Shown here: in pieces, positions 8,132-18,700 of the stretch
Layout: each line of letters starts with the position of its first letter
How positions within the stretch are numbered: the stretch's first letter is position 1
Assembly: GCA_964596545.1 (NCBI GenBank)
Contig: CAZQUP010000001.1
Span: 70,181-134,180 of the forward strand
Length of the DNA stretch: 64,000 bases
DNA from: an uncultured Desulfatibacillum sp.
GTDB taxonomy: Bacteria; Desulfobacterota; Desulfobacteria; Desulfobacterales; SpSt-501
Direction of reading: 5' to 3'
The notes under the pieces: generated by a model
Databases searched by the model: none
Told to the model about the DNA's origin: nothing
The model's input: the letters and a program-made list of their open reading frames with translations, nothing else
Program-made: the position numbers and the translations under genes

Positions 8132-9715
8132 TCAGCCGTCGATGATGGCCAGAGCCTCTTCGCGGAAGGCGTCCATGACATAGGGAATGCCCGTGACCCG
8201 GGCGCATTCTTCGGTGAGGGAGACGAGATCGCGGCGCTCGATGTAGCGCACGGCCCAGCTTCGTGTCCCGGCCATGAGCTGCTGGAGCCCGACCCGGATC
8301 TTGTCGGTCGCGTTGTAGATGCCGATCGCCCCCAGCGGGAACCGGTCCACCTCGGTGCCGTACTTCTCCCGCAGCAGCTCGTAGTTCATGAAGATCTCCT
8401 CCTTGGTCATCCCGTAACGGGAGACCGTTTTGGGAAGCCCTTCGTCCTCGCCCCGGAGCCATTTCTCGGCGTTTTTGCCGACCATCCCCGGGATCATGAG
8501 CGCCCGGCCCATACAGACCGCCTTGCAGTACGGGGCGCCCAAGGCGAGCGCCTTGAAGACGTGGTCCTCGGAGGAGAACCCGCCGGCGAAGGCGATATCG
8601 GGCACCCGGCGTCCCGAGCGGGCGAGCCGCTCGCAGAGCTCCCAGGCCATGGAATGGAGGTAGAGCGAAGGGATCCCCCACTCGGCCATCATGCGCCAGG
8701 GGCTCATGCCCGTGCCTCCGGGTGCGCCGTCGATGGTCAAGAGATCGATCCCCGCATCGCTCGACCAACGGATCGCCATGGCGAGCTCACGCATGGGGTA
8801 AGCGCCGGTCTTCAGCGTCACCCGCTTCGCCCCCAGCCGCCGCAGGCGCTCCACCTCGCGCGCGAAGCCCTCGGCGTCGATGAAGCCGAGCCGGGAATGA
8901 CGCTCGAACTGTTTGAGGGGCCCGGCTTTGAAGGCCGCCTGGTTGGCCGGCAATTCGGGATCGGGGGTGACGATGTAGCCGCGCTTCTTCAGTTCGATCG
9001 CCCGCTGGAGCGAGCTCACCTTGATCTCGCCGCCGATGCACTTGGCGCCCTGACCCCATTTGAGTTCGATGGTCTCGACGCCGAGCGTTTCGATCGCATA
9101 TTCGGCCACCCCCAGCCGCGTGTCCTCCACGTTCATCTGCACCAGGATATCCCCCCAGCCCTCGTGGTAGCGCCGGTATTCGCGGATGCGGCGGTCCATT
9201 TCGGGGGATTTGACGATCCGTCCCTCGGCGTTCAGCTCGAGTTCGGGGTCGATGCCGCAGACGTTTTCGCCGCAGACGATGCTGATGCCGCTGATCGCCG
9301 CGCCGACGGCGAAGTGTTCCCAGTTCTTGCGCGCGATGTCCGTGCTGCCGAGCGCGCCGGTGAAGATGGGGATCTTCATGCGCACCTTGTGCTGCAGCCC
9401 GAATTCGGTCTCCGTGTTCACGTGGGGGAAGGTGGCGATATCGGGATCGGCGGCCACCCCCTTGGCGCCGAAGGCGTAGCCGAGAATGTTGAGGTGCGAG
9501 TAGTCTACGGGGTAGTCCTTGTCGGCTCCCGCGGTCACGCTGCCGAAAGGCTCCGGGTAGAGGACTTCGCGTCCGCGGAACGTGACGCGAAAGAGATCGC
9601 AGTTGCCGCGGCAGCCGTCGATACAGCGGCTGCAGATGCCGGACTGGGGCACGACATTGCGGGAACGATTGGCGGTTTGCAATGCCTCGTTGGCATTGGG
9701 GCGATGGAGGTTCAT
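8132..9715 (-). CDS. Glutamate synthase-related FMN-binding protein (stand-alone GltB domain-2 type)
   Basis: IELKWGQGAKCIGGEIK, TIDGAPGGTGMSP and FAGGFSSEDHVFKALALGA match the GltS FMN domain. An N-terminal Cys cluster CSRCIDGCRGNC is present. The start is set at ATG 9715 (RBS AAAGGAG 7 nt upstream) rather than the track start 9904, which sits on the predicted promoter. Confidence 0.8.
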   Translation of the reverse strand: MNLHRPNANEALQTANRSRNVVPQSGICSRCIDGCRGNCDLFRVTFRGREVLYPEPFGSVTAGADKDYPVDYSHLNILGYAFGAKGVAADPDIATFPHVNTETEFGLQHKVRMKIPIFTGALGSTDIARKNWEHFAVGAAISGISIVCGENVCGIDPELELNAEGRIVKSPEMDRRIREYRRYHEGWGDILVQMNVEDTRLGVAEYAIETLGVETIELKWGQGAKCIGGEIKVSSLQRAIELKKRGYIVTPDPELPANQAAFKAGPLKQFERHSRLGFIDAEGFAREVERLRRLGAKRVTLKTGAYPMRELAMAIRWSSDAGIDLLTIDGAPGGTGMSPWRMMAEWGIPSLYLHSMAWELCERLARSGRRVPDIAFAGGFSSEDHVFKALALGAPYCKAVCMGRALMIPGMVGKNAEKWLRGEDEGLPKTVSRYGMTKEEIFMNYELLREKYGTEVDRFPLGAIGIYNATDKIRVGLQQLMAGTRSWAVRYIERRDLVSLTEECARVTGIPYVMDAFREEALAIIDG

Positions 9716-9871
9716 CTCGGTTCTCCTTTCTGCGGCCAGCCGCGGAAGCGCACTCCGGACTCGATCCGTCGAGGGTCGACCCGGCTTTAGGCGTCGTATT
9801 TCTAAGGAATGGGCGAGCGCAAGAGAAACGTCCGGAACGGGAGCAAAAAATCCGCCACCGTTCGTGCCCGC

Positions 9872-9901
9872 GTTATAAAACCTCATCCCGGGCTTTGTCA
9901 A
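9872..9901 (-). promoter_or_regulatory. Sigma-70-like promoter for the gltB-like/gdhA/HAD operon
   Basis: The minus strand reads TTGACA-N18-TATAAC (or N17-TTATAA), about 150 nt upstream of the ATG at 9715. Confidence 0.5.
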
Positions 9902-10021
9902 CAAACCGCCCGCCGCGGCGGATGAGGCCCATCCGCTGGAATCGGCTCCCCGTTCGTGCTACCCAGGGGATGACAGGCGTCGACCGGCCCCGATTCCGGC
10001 CGGGCCCATCGCCTCCGAGCC

Positions 10022-10927
10022 ATGAAAACCCCACCGCCCCTTTCGTCATTGATCGATCGTTATCTGGAGCATCTCCTCGTCGAAAAGGGCCTTTCCCCGG
10101 CCACCCTTTCCTCCTACGGCGCGGATCTGCGTCGCTATGCCGATTTCCTCGCCGCCGGCGGGGTGACGAGCGTTTCCGGCGAGGATACCGCCCGCCTCCT
10201 GCAGTATCTGATCCACCTGCGCGCCGCGGGACTGGGCTCCCGTTCGCGCGCCCGGCACCTGGTTTCGCTGCGCTCCTTCTATGGTTTTCTGCTCCGCGAA
10301 GGGGTGCTTTCCGCCGACCCCACGGCGCGACTCGACACCCCGCACATCCCTCTGCGGTTGCCGGACACGCTGAGCCGGGCCGAGGTCGAGCGCCTGCTCA
10401 ACGCCCCCGGCGACCGCCGTGCCGCCGACCTGAGGGATGCAGCCATGATCGAGATCCTTTACGCCGCCGGGCTGCGCGTCTCGGAGCTCGTGTCCCTGCG
10501 GCTGCAGGACATCGATCTCGAGGCGGGCTTCGTGCGCGTGCTCGGCAAAGGCTCCAAGGAGCGGCTCGTACCGATCGGCAGCCCCGCGCGGGAGAAGACC
10601 CGCCTCTATCTGGAACGGGCGCGCGGGCCGCTGCTCAAAGGCCGGGGCAGCCCCTTTCTCTTCATCGGTCGCGCCGGCAAACCGCTCAGCCGCCAGGGGT
10701 TCTGGAAACGACTCCAAGCTTACGCCCGCGCTGCGGGCATCGAGCGCCGTACCACCCCCCATAGCCTGCGTCACTCCTTCGCCACCCATCTCCTGGAGGG
10801 CGGCGCAGATCTGCGCACGGTGCAGATCCTTCTGGGGCATGCGGATATCGCCACCACCCAGATCTACACTCATGTCAGCCGTGAGCGGCTGAAAGAATTG
10901 CACCGACGCCATCATCCCCGGGGATAA
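10022..10927 (+). CDS. xerD: Tyrosine recombinase XerD
   Basis: Catalytic R..H-R-H..Y context is present: LRDAAMIEILYAAGLRVSEL, HSLRHSFATHLLEGGADLRTVQILLGHADIATTQIYTHV. The C-terminus ERLKELHRRHHPRG matches the recalled E. coli XerD tail ERLRQLHQQHHPRA. Confidence 0.9.
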   Translation: MKTPPPLSSLIDRYLEHLLVEKGLSPATLSSYGADLRRYADFLAAGGVTSVSGEDTARLLQYLIHLRAAGLGSRSRARHLVSLRSFYGFLLREGVLSADPTARLDTPHIPLRLPDTLSRAEVERLLNAPGDRRAADLRDAAMIEILYAAGLRVSELVSLRLQDIDLEAGFVRVLGKGSKERLVPIGSPAREKTRLYLERARGPLLKGRGSPFLFIGRAGKPLSRQGFWKRLQAYARAAGIERRTTPHSLRHSFATHLLEGGADLRTVQILLGHADIATTQIYTHVSRERLKELHRRHHPRG

Positions 10928-10944
10928 GCGCCGGCGGGAGCGGC

Positions 10945-10973
10945 TTGACAGCCTCGGAGGCTTTCCCTAAGAG
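10945..10973 (+). promoter_or_regulatory. Sigma-70-like promoter upstream of pfaD
   Basis: TTGACA-N17-TAAGAG lies 60 nt upstream of ATG 11033. The extended sequence resembles the box upstream of pfaC. Confidence 0.4.
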
Positions 10974-11032
10974 AAACGGACCGCCCCGTCCCCCCCGCCC
11001 GCGCGGCCGGGCGACGGAGCGCCGAAAGATTG

Positions 11033-12751
11033 ATGCCCGTGTTCGCACTTCGCGCACCAGCCGCTACCGCCCGCTTCCGACCCGCGGGGCCTGAACCGAA
11101 ACCTGTGGAGGCGGAGGCTCTCGGCCAATCCCTTCTTGAAGTCACGCGCCCCCTTTTCCTCGTGCGCCGCGGCGCGAAGCTCCTTCTGGCCCGCTCGGGG
11201 ACGGTCAGGTTCGCTCCCGTACCGGAGGGCGAGGAAGACAGCCTGCCGCTGGTCGCCTGGGTCCCCCCCCTGCACCCTGAGGCCTTAGGCGATCCCGGCT
11301 TTCGTGCCGCCTATGGGCTGCGCTATGCCTATGTGGTGGGCGAGATGGCCAACGCCATCACCTCGGTACGGATGGTCCAGGAGGCCGGAAGTGCGGGGAT
11401 GATCGGCTTCTTCGGCACCGGAGGCCTGCTTCCCGCGGAGGTCGAAGAGGCGATCGACGCCCTCCAGCGCACGAGCCCGCAGGTTCCCTTCGGAGTCAAC
11501 CTGATCCACACCCCCGGCGACCCGGAGCTGGAGAACCGTTTGGCGGAGATCTTTCTCGACCGCGGCGTCACCGTCGCCAGCGCCTCGGCTTTCGTCGAGC
11601 CGACCCCCGCGCTCAGCCTCTTCCGCTTGCGGGGCATCTACCGCCTTCCCGACGGCCGCATCGTCTGCCCCAACCGTCTCATCGCCAAGGTCTCCCGCGT
11701 GGAAGTGGCGCGGCGGTTTCTCGCGCCGCCTCCGGCGCGCCATCTCGAGTTCCTGGTGACCCGAGGGGCCCTGCGGCCGAAAGAGGCCGAACTCGCCGCC
11801 TACATCCCGCTCGCCGAGGATCTCACCGCCGAGGCCGACTCCGGAGGCCACACGGACAATCGGCCGGCCATCGCGTTGTTGCCCACGATCCTCGCCCTGC
11901 GCGACGACTGCCGCCGTGAGCACGGCTACGCCCACCTGCCCCGGGTCGGTCTCGCCGGCGGGATCGCCACCCCGCTTTCGGCGGCCGCGGCCTTCGCCAT
12001 GGGCGCAGCCTTCGTCATGGCGGGCTCGGTACACCAAGGCTGCGTCGAGGCCGGGACCTCGGAGGCGGTTCGCCGCCTGCTCGCCGAAGCGGGGCAGGCC
12101 GACGTCGCGATGGCCCCCGCGGCCGACATGTTCGAACTCGGGGTCAAGGTCCAGGTGCTCAAGCGCGGCACGATGTTCGCTCAGCGCGCGGCGAAGCTCT
12201 ACGAGCTTTTTAAAGCCCACGAGCGCTACGAGGAGATCCCCCCGCCGCAGCGGGCGGTCCTCGAGAAGGATTTCTTCCGCCGCTCCTTCGAAGAGGAGTG
12301 GGAGGCGACCCGCGCCTTCTTCCGCGAGCGGGACCCTCGGCAGATCGAGATCGCCGAGCGCAACCCCCGGCACAAGATGGCGCTCGTCTTTCGATCCTAC
12401 CTGGGGCGCTCTTCGCGTTGGGCGATCGCAGGCGAACCCTCGCGGCGCATGGATTATCAGATCTGGTGCGGTCCGGCGATGGGCGCCTTCAATCAGTGGG
12501 CGAAGGGAAGCTTCCTCGAGGATCCCGCCGAGCGCCGCACCGTCACCGTGGCCGCAAACCTCCTCTTCGGCGCGGCCGTAGCCGTGCGCGCCTCCTGGTT
12601 GCGCAACCAGGGAGTCGCCGTGCCCTCCGAAGCCGCGGTTTTCCGGCCTCTCCCCCTCGAGCGGATCGAGGCGTTGTTGGGAGGAACCCCCTTCCGTCCG
12701 GCCGGATCGCCCGGTGAGTTGCCATCCGGGGACGAATCGGCTATGAAATAG
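11033..12751 (+). CDS. pfaD: PfaD-type trans-acting enoyl reductase (nitronate monooxygenase fold)
   Basis: YGLRYAYVVGEMANAITS, GFFGTGGL, PFGVNLIH, AEADSGGHTDNRP, GGIATP and KVQVLKRGTMF fit PUFA-synthase ER proteins. The track start at 11030 is TTG; the ATG at 11033 is preferred. Confidence 0.85.
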   Translation: MPVFALRAPAATARFRPAGPEPKPVEAEALGQSLLEVTRPLFLVRRGAKLLLARSGTVRFAPVPEGEEDSLPLVAWVPPLHPEALGDPGFRAAYGLRYAYVVGEMANAITSVRMVQEAGSAGMIGFFGTGGLLPAEVEEAIDALQRTSPQVPFGVNLIHTPGDPELENRLAEIFLDRGVTVASASAFVEPTPALSLFRLRGIYRLPDGRIVCPNRLIAKVSRVEVARRFLAPPPARHLEFLVTRGALRPKEAELAAYIPLAEDLTAEADSGGHTDNRPAIALLPTILALRDDCRREHGYAHLPRVGLAGGIATPLSAAAAFAMGAAFVMAGSVHQGCVEAGTSEAVRRLLAEAGQADVAMAPAADMFELGVKVQVLKRGTMFAQRAAKLYELFKAHERYEEIPPPQRAVLEKDFFRRSFEEEWEATRAFFRERDPRQIEIAERNPRHKMALVFRSYLGRSSRWAIAGEPSRRMDYQIWCGPAMGAFNQWAKGSFLEDPAERRTVTVAANLLFGAAVAVRASWLRNQGVAVPSEAAVFRPLPLERIEALLGGTPFRPAGSPGELPSGDESAMK

Positions 12752-15700
12752 TGTTTCCGGATTTATCCCCCGCAAACGGCCTGCAGCTGGACCCTCCTGG
12801 AGGTGAAGGGGAGATCGAATTCGAGGTGACCCCGACGTTGAATCGCCGCCCCGCCGCCATCGTGGGCATGGGATGTTTTTTCCCGCAATCGCCCGGCTTG
12901 AAAGGCTACCTCCGGCTTCTGTTCAACGGCCGGGACGCCGTGAGCGAGGTCCCTCCGACCCACTGGTCGCGCGAGGACTATTTCGACCCCGACCCCCGCG
13001 CGCGCGACCGCGTCTATTGCGCCCGCGGCGGGTTTCTTCCGCCCGTCGACTTCGATCCCGCCGCCTTCGGCATCCCTCCGGCCCTGCTCGAAGCGACCGA
13101 CACTTCCCAGCTGCTCGCGCTGCTCGCCGCCCGGGCGGCGCTCGCCGACATGGGCCTGCCCTACGACCCCGCACGCACGAGCGTGATCCTCGGCGTAACG
13201 GGCACCCAGGAGCTGGTGATCCCGCTCAGCTCCCGCCTCGGCTTTCCCCGCTGGCGCCGGGCCCTCGCCGCAGCGGGTGTTTCCGATCAAACCGCCGAAG
13301 AGGTGATCCGCCGCATCTCCGATTCTTACGTCGAGTGGCAGGAAAATTCGTTTCCCGGCCTGCTCGGCAATGTGGTCGCCGGGCGCATCAGCAACCGTTT
13401 GAACCTCGGGGGCACCAACTGCGTGGTCGACGCCGCCTGCGCGAGCTCGCTGGCCGCCGTGCACATGGCGCTCCTCGAACTCGAAGCGGGCCGCTGCGAT
13501 CTCGCCCTCACCGGAGGGGTCGACACGCTGAACGATATTTTCATGCATATGTGTTTCGCCAAGACCCAGGTCCTCTCGGCGACGGGAGACGCCCGGCCGT
13601 TCTCGCAGCACGCCGACGGGACGGTCTTGGGCGAAGGGGTGGGGATCGTCGTTCTGAAGCGCCTCGAGGACGCCGAGCGCGACGGAAACCGTATCTACGC
13701 CGTGCTGCGCGGGCTGGGCTCCTCAAGCGACGGCCGTTCGCAGAGCATCTACGCGCCGCGCCGCGAGGGCCAGGTCGAGGCGCTGCGCGCCGCTTACGCC
13801 GAGGCCGGGGTCGACCCCGGCACCGTGGGGCTGATCGAGGCCCACGGCACGGGGACACGGGTCGGCGACCGGGTGGAGTTCGAGGCCCTCTGTGAGGTGT
13901 TCAAGAGCGCCGGAGCCCCCCTGGGCCGCTGTGCGCTCGGCTCCGTGAAATCCATGATCGGACACACCAAGGCGGCGGCGGGTGTGGCCGGTCTGATCAA
14001 GGCCGCCCTCGCCCTGCACCATCGCGTGCTCTTCCCCACCCTCAAGGCCGAAGATCCGGACCCCGCCTTGAACCTCGAAACCTCCCCTTTCCACCTATGC
14101 CGCCGCGCTCGGCCGTGGTTTTCCCCGGATGGCGCGCCGCGCCGCGCGGGGGTGAGCGCCTTCGGGTTCGGCGGAAGCAACTTCCATGCGGTCCTCGAGG
14201 AACACGGATCCTCCCGCCGGGAAATCGGCTGGGACGGCTCCGTTCAGATCTTCGCTTTTTCGGCCGGGTCCCCCGCGGAGCTTCTGAAGGAAATTTCCGC
14301 GACGACTGCAGATCCGAAGCTTTCCGCCTCCGGGGAGGGCTGGTCGCGGCTCGCCGCCGAAACGCGCGCCCGTTTCGACCCGAACGCAGCCTGTCGGCTG
14401 CTCTTTCCTGCCTCGGATGCCCGGGAAGCGTTGGATGGACTTCAGACCGCCCGGAAGCGGCTCGTACAAGAAGCGCCCGCCGGCGATCCGACCGGCCGCG
14501 GCGTTTGCTATGGGGAAGGGGCCCCCGCGGGAGCTCTCGCCATTCTCTTTCCCGGGCAGGGAAGCCAGTACCCCGACATGGGCCGCGAGTTGATCCTGCG
14601 CTTTCCGGCGGCGCGCGAGACGATCGAGACCGCCCAGCGCGTGCTCGGCCTCAAGCCTCCGCTGGGGGATCGGATCTACCCGCCGCATCCACCCGGTCGC
14701 CCGGATGAGGAGCGCCTCCAGTCGACCGAGCTTGCGCAGCCGGCGATCGGCGCGGTGAGTCTCGCCCTCTGGAAGGTGCTGCGCGCCTTCGGCCTATCGC
14801 CTGCGGCCGCAGGCGGTCATAGCTTCGGCGAGCTGACGGCCCTCTGCGCCGCAGGCCGGATCGACGAGGAAGACTTCTTCGCGCTCGCCCGGGCCCGCGG
14901 TCGGGCGATGGCGGAAGCGCCCGCCGGAGCCATGGCGGCCGTCTTCGCTCCGCTTGCCGAGGTGGAAAGGGCGGTTTCCGAAACCGGTCTCCCGGTCGGG
15001 GTCGCCAACCGCAATGCTCCGCGGCAAACGGTGGTTTCCGGTTCCAAAGATGCCGTACAGCGGCTCGCCGCGACCCTCGGCCGGCGCGGCGTGCGGGTGG
15101 TGTCGCTTCCGGTGAGCGGGGCCTTTCACAGCCCGCTCATGACCGAGGCGAGCCAATCCTTTGCCGCGGCGCTGGAACGCGCCGATTTCGCTCCGGCCGC
15201 GCTTCAAGTCTTTTCCAGTCGGACGAAGACCCCCTTCCCCGCCGAGACGGACGCCGTCCGCCGGCTGCTCGCCGAGCAGATGCTTTTCGAGGTCGATTTC
15301 ATCGGTCTGATCGAGGCGATGTACGCCGGCGGAATCCGCTCCTTCGTTGAAATCGGTCCTCGGGCCGTTCTCTCCGGGCTGGTCGCCGAAATCCTTGCCG
15401 GACGACCGCATGCGGCCTTTTCCGTGGATTCCTCCTCGGGGCGGAAACCGGGGCTTCTCGATCTGGCGGCAGCCCTGTGCCGGATCTGTGCCTTGGGTTA
15501 CCCGCTGGATCTCATTCGATGGGACCCGGCGGAGCCGGTGGCATCCTCCTCGAGCCGTCTGCGCATTCCGATCTGCGGAGCGAATCTCGGTCCTTCCACC
15601 GACCGCAAAGGCGAAAACCCTCTACCGCCGGCCACCCCGCGGTGTCCCGGAGCCGACGACGGCCGGAATTTGAAGGCTCACCGAGAGCCGATATCGAGTT

Positions 15701-18700
15701 CATCCCGTCTTCGCGAAACGCCTATGGAAAATGAATCCTCCTCCATTCCGCCAACCCGGCGTGCGGAAGAACACCGCCGCACCCTCGAAGAGGGTCTTCA
15801 GGCCATTCGCCGAATCCACGAGCAAACGGCCCAGGCCCACGAAAAGTTCCTGGACCTGCAGCGCGAGACCACCCAGGCGCTCCTGGATCTGATCCGCGGC
15901 TCGGATACGGCGCGTTTCCCGGCGATCAGACCCTCGCAGCTTCCCGAGGGCTCAACCGTCGACCCACCCCTGCCCTTAGACCCCTCGGTCGCCCTTTCCG
16001 CCCAAGATCCCCTTTCGATTCCCGCCGCGGTCGAAATGAAACCTTCATCCCCTCCCGACCCGGCCCCGGCGGTCCGCAGCGCCGCCGCACAGGAGCCCCC
16101 GCCGCCCGAGGCTCCACCCGCACCCCAGGCCTCCTCCCCCCCGGCCACCCCCGCCCTGCAGGACGTGCTCCTCGAGGTGGTCAGCCGCCTGACCGGCTAC
16201 CCCCCGGAGATGCTCGGATTCGACCTGGACATCGAGGCCGATCTCGGCATCGACTCCATCAAACGCGTCGAAATCCTCTCCGCCCTCGAAGAAAAGATCC
16301 CCGGCCTGCGCCCCGTCACCCCCGAAGACATGCCCCGGCTCAAAACGCTCTCCGCCATGGTCTCCTTCTTCGCCGCCCCCCGGGCCGCAACACCCCCTCC
16401 CGACCCGGCCCCGGCGGTCCGCAGCGCCGCCGCACAGGAGCCCCCGCCGCCCGAGGCTCCACCCGCACCCGCCAAGTCTGTAGCGCCCGCCCCGCGGCGG
16501 ATCATTACCTTGGAGCCGGCACCGGAGATCGACCCGGTCGACGTGCAGGTGCCTTCCGGCCGCAAGATTTTCGTGACCGACGACCGCTCGGGGCTTGCGC
16601 GCGCGGTTCTTGATGTACTGAGCGATCTCGGCCTGAGCGCCGTCCTGGTGGCCGCCGACATCCTGCATCATCGGCGCGACCTTCCCCCCGCGGCGGGGCT
16701 GTTCTTCGTCGCCCGTCCCGACGGCGAAGACGGACAGCGGGAACTGCGGGACGCCTTCGAACTCACCCGGCGTCTGGGCCCGGATCTGATCGAGAGCGCT
16801 CGGCTCGGCGGGGCCTTTTTTGCCACCGTCAGCCGACTGGACGGGGCCTTGGGTTTCAGCGGCCGCAGGCTTTCCCGGCCGCTCCAGGGAGCGCTCGCCG
16901 GCCTGGCCAAAACCGCGGCGATCGAATGGCCCGAGGTCATCTGCCACGCCCTGGATCTCGACCCCGACTGGAGGGATCTGCGTACCGCCGCAAGGGCCGT
17001 CGTGCGGGAAGCGTTGCATCGCGGGCCGTTGGAAGTGGGTCTCGGACCGCACGGCCGCCTTGTGCCCCGGTTGGTGCGCCGCGAGGATCCCGCTGCCGGC
17101 CCCCTGCCGCTTGCGCCCGGCGAAACCGTGATCGTCAGCGGAGGAGCGCGGGGCATCACCGCCGCCTGCGCCGTGGAGCTCGCCCGCCGGGTGCGGCCGG
17201 CCCTGGTCCTGCTCGGCCGGACTCCGGAACCGGGACCCGAGCCCCTCTGGATGCAGGGATTGGAGGAGGAAAACGAAATCCGCCGGGCCCTCCTGCGCGA
17301 GGAATTTTCCGCGTCCTCGGCCCGGCCGGCGGAGGCGGAGAAAAAGCTCCGACTCCTGCTTGCCGCCCGGGAGGTCCGCAACACCCTGCAAACCCTGCAA
17401 GAGCTGGGGGCGCCGGCGGCCTACGTTTCCGTCGACGTGCGCGATCCCGTCCGCCTGCGCGCGGTCGTTGCCGAGGCCCGCGATCGCTTCGGCCCGATCC
17501 GCGGGCTGATCCACGGGGCGGGTGTGCTCGAGGACCGCCTGATTCTCGACAAAACCCTCGAGCAATTCGACCGCGTGATGAGCACGAAGCTCGGCGGGTT
17601 TCTTGCGCTGCGGGAAGCCCTGGGGGACGAAGAGCTTCGCCTGATGGTTCTTTTCTCCTCGGTGACGGCGCGCTTCGGAAACCGCGGTCAGGCCGACTAC
17701 GCCATGGCCAACGAGGCCTTGAACAAGCTCGCCCGCGCCGAGGCGCGGCGACGGCCCGGCTGCCGGGTCGTCGCCGTCAACTGGGGGCCCTGGGATTGCG
17801 GCATGGTGACCCCGGGCATCCGCCGCGAGTTCGAACGCCGAGGGGTCGAGCTTCTCTCCGCGGCGCAGGGCGCGGCGTCACTGATCGCCGAACTGCGCCG
17901 GCCGCCGGATGAAGAGGCGGTCGAAGTCGTGATCGGCGGGATGAACCGCCGGAAACGGCTGACGGCCTTTTCGTCGCGGAAGACCGAAGGCCTGCGGCCC
18001 CTGATCGAGCGCCGCCTCGACCTGGTGAGCCATCCCGTGCTGCGCGCCCACGTGTTGGGCGAACGCGCCGTCGTGCCGCTGGCGCTGATCGCCGAATGGC
18101 TGGGCGAAGGCGCCCTGCACGAAAACCCAGGGCTCGTGTTGGACGGATTGGAGGAGATCCGCCTGCTCAAGGGCATCCGCCTCGAGGCCTCGCCCTACCC
18201 GGTGCACATTCTGGCCGGCAAGCCCCGCGCGCGAAACGGAGGCTTCGAAGTCGACCTCGAGCTGCGCGGGGGGGAAAACGAGTCCACAGAGACGCTCCAT
18301 TGCCGAGCACGGGCCGTTCTCGCCGAGACCCACGCCTCGCCCCCCGTTTATCGCCTTCCCTCCGGGCTTTCCTGCAATCATTACCCGCGCTCCCCCCGTG
18401 AGGTTTACGAGGCCGTTCTTTTTCACGGCGAGGCGCTTCAGGGATTGCGCTGGATTCAGTGTTGCACCGCCGAGGGCATGGTCGCCGACGTCGCCGCCGC
18501 CCCCCGCCCGGAGTCATGGGTCGAAAGCCCCTTTCGCCGGAGCTGGCTCGGAGACCCCCTGGCACTCGACGCCGCCTTCCAGATGGCGAGCCTGTGGTGT
18601 TGGGAAATGAAAGGGGCGGTCTGCCTCCCGAGCGGCGTATCCTCCTTTCGCCTTTACCGGGGGCAATGGCCCGAAGAGGGGTGCCGTGTGGTGCTCGAGA

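Noticed and set aside
6654-9790. Long ORFs 6654..8768 (-, 704 aa) and 7172..9790 (+, 872 aa)
   Set aside because: They are off-frame or antisense to gdhA and the gltB-like gene, both of which carry unmistakable family motifs.
10022-10927. xerD considered as the integrase of a genomic island carrying the pfa cluster, with tRNA-Arg at 3101 as a possible attachment site
   Set aside because: The sequence matches the housekeeping XerD to the C-terminal tail. I saw no flanking direct repeats or att-like duplicates of the tRNA 3' end and no other mobility genes.
16049-16470. The repeat pair considered as a CRISPR array or mobile-element terminal repeat
   Set aside because: There are only two copies, both in-frame inside pfaA and encoding the Pro/Ala linker around the ACP. 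This is a domain-array repeat, not a CRISPR or an IS end.
16045-17565. 506-aa minus-strand ORF inside pfaA
   Set aside because: It is antisense to the ACP/KR region of pfaA and has no motifs.
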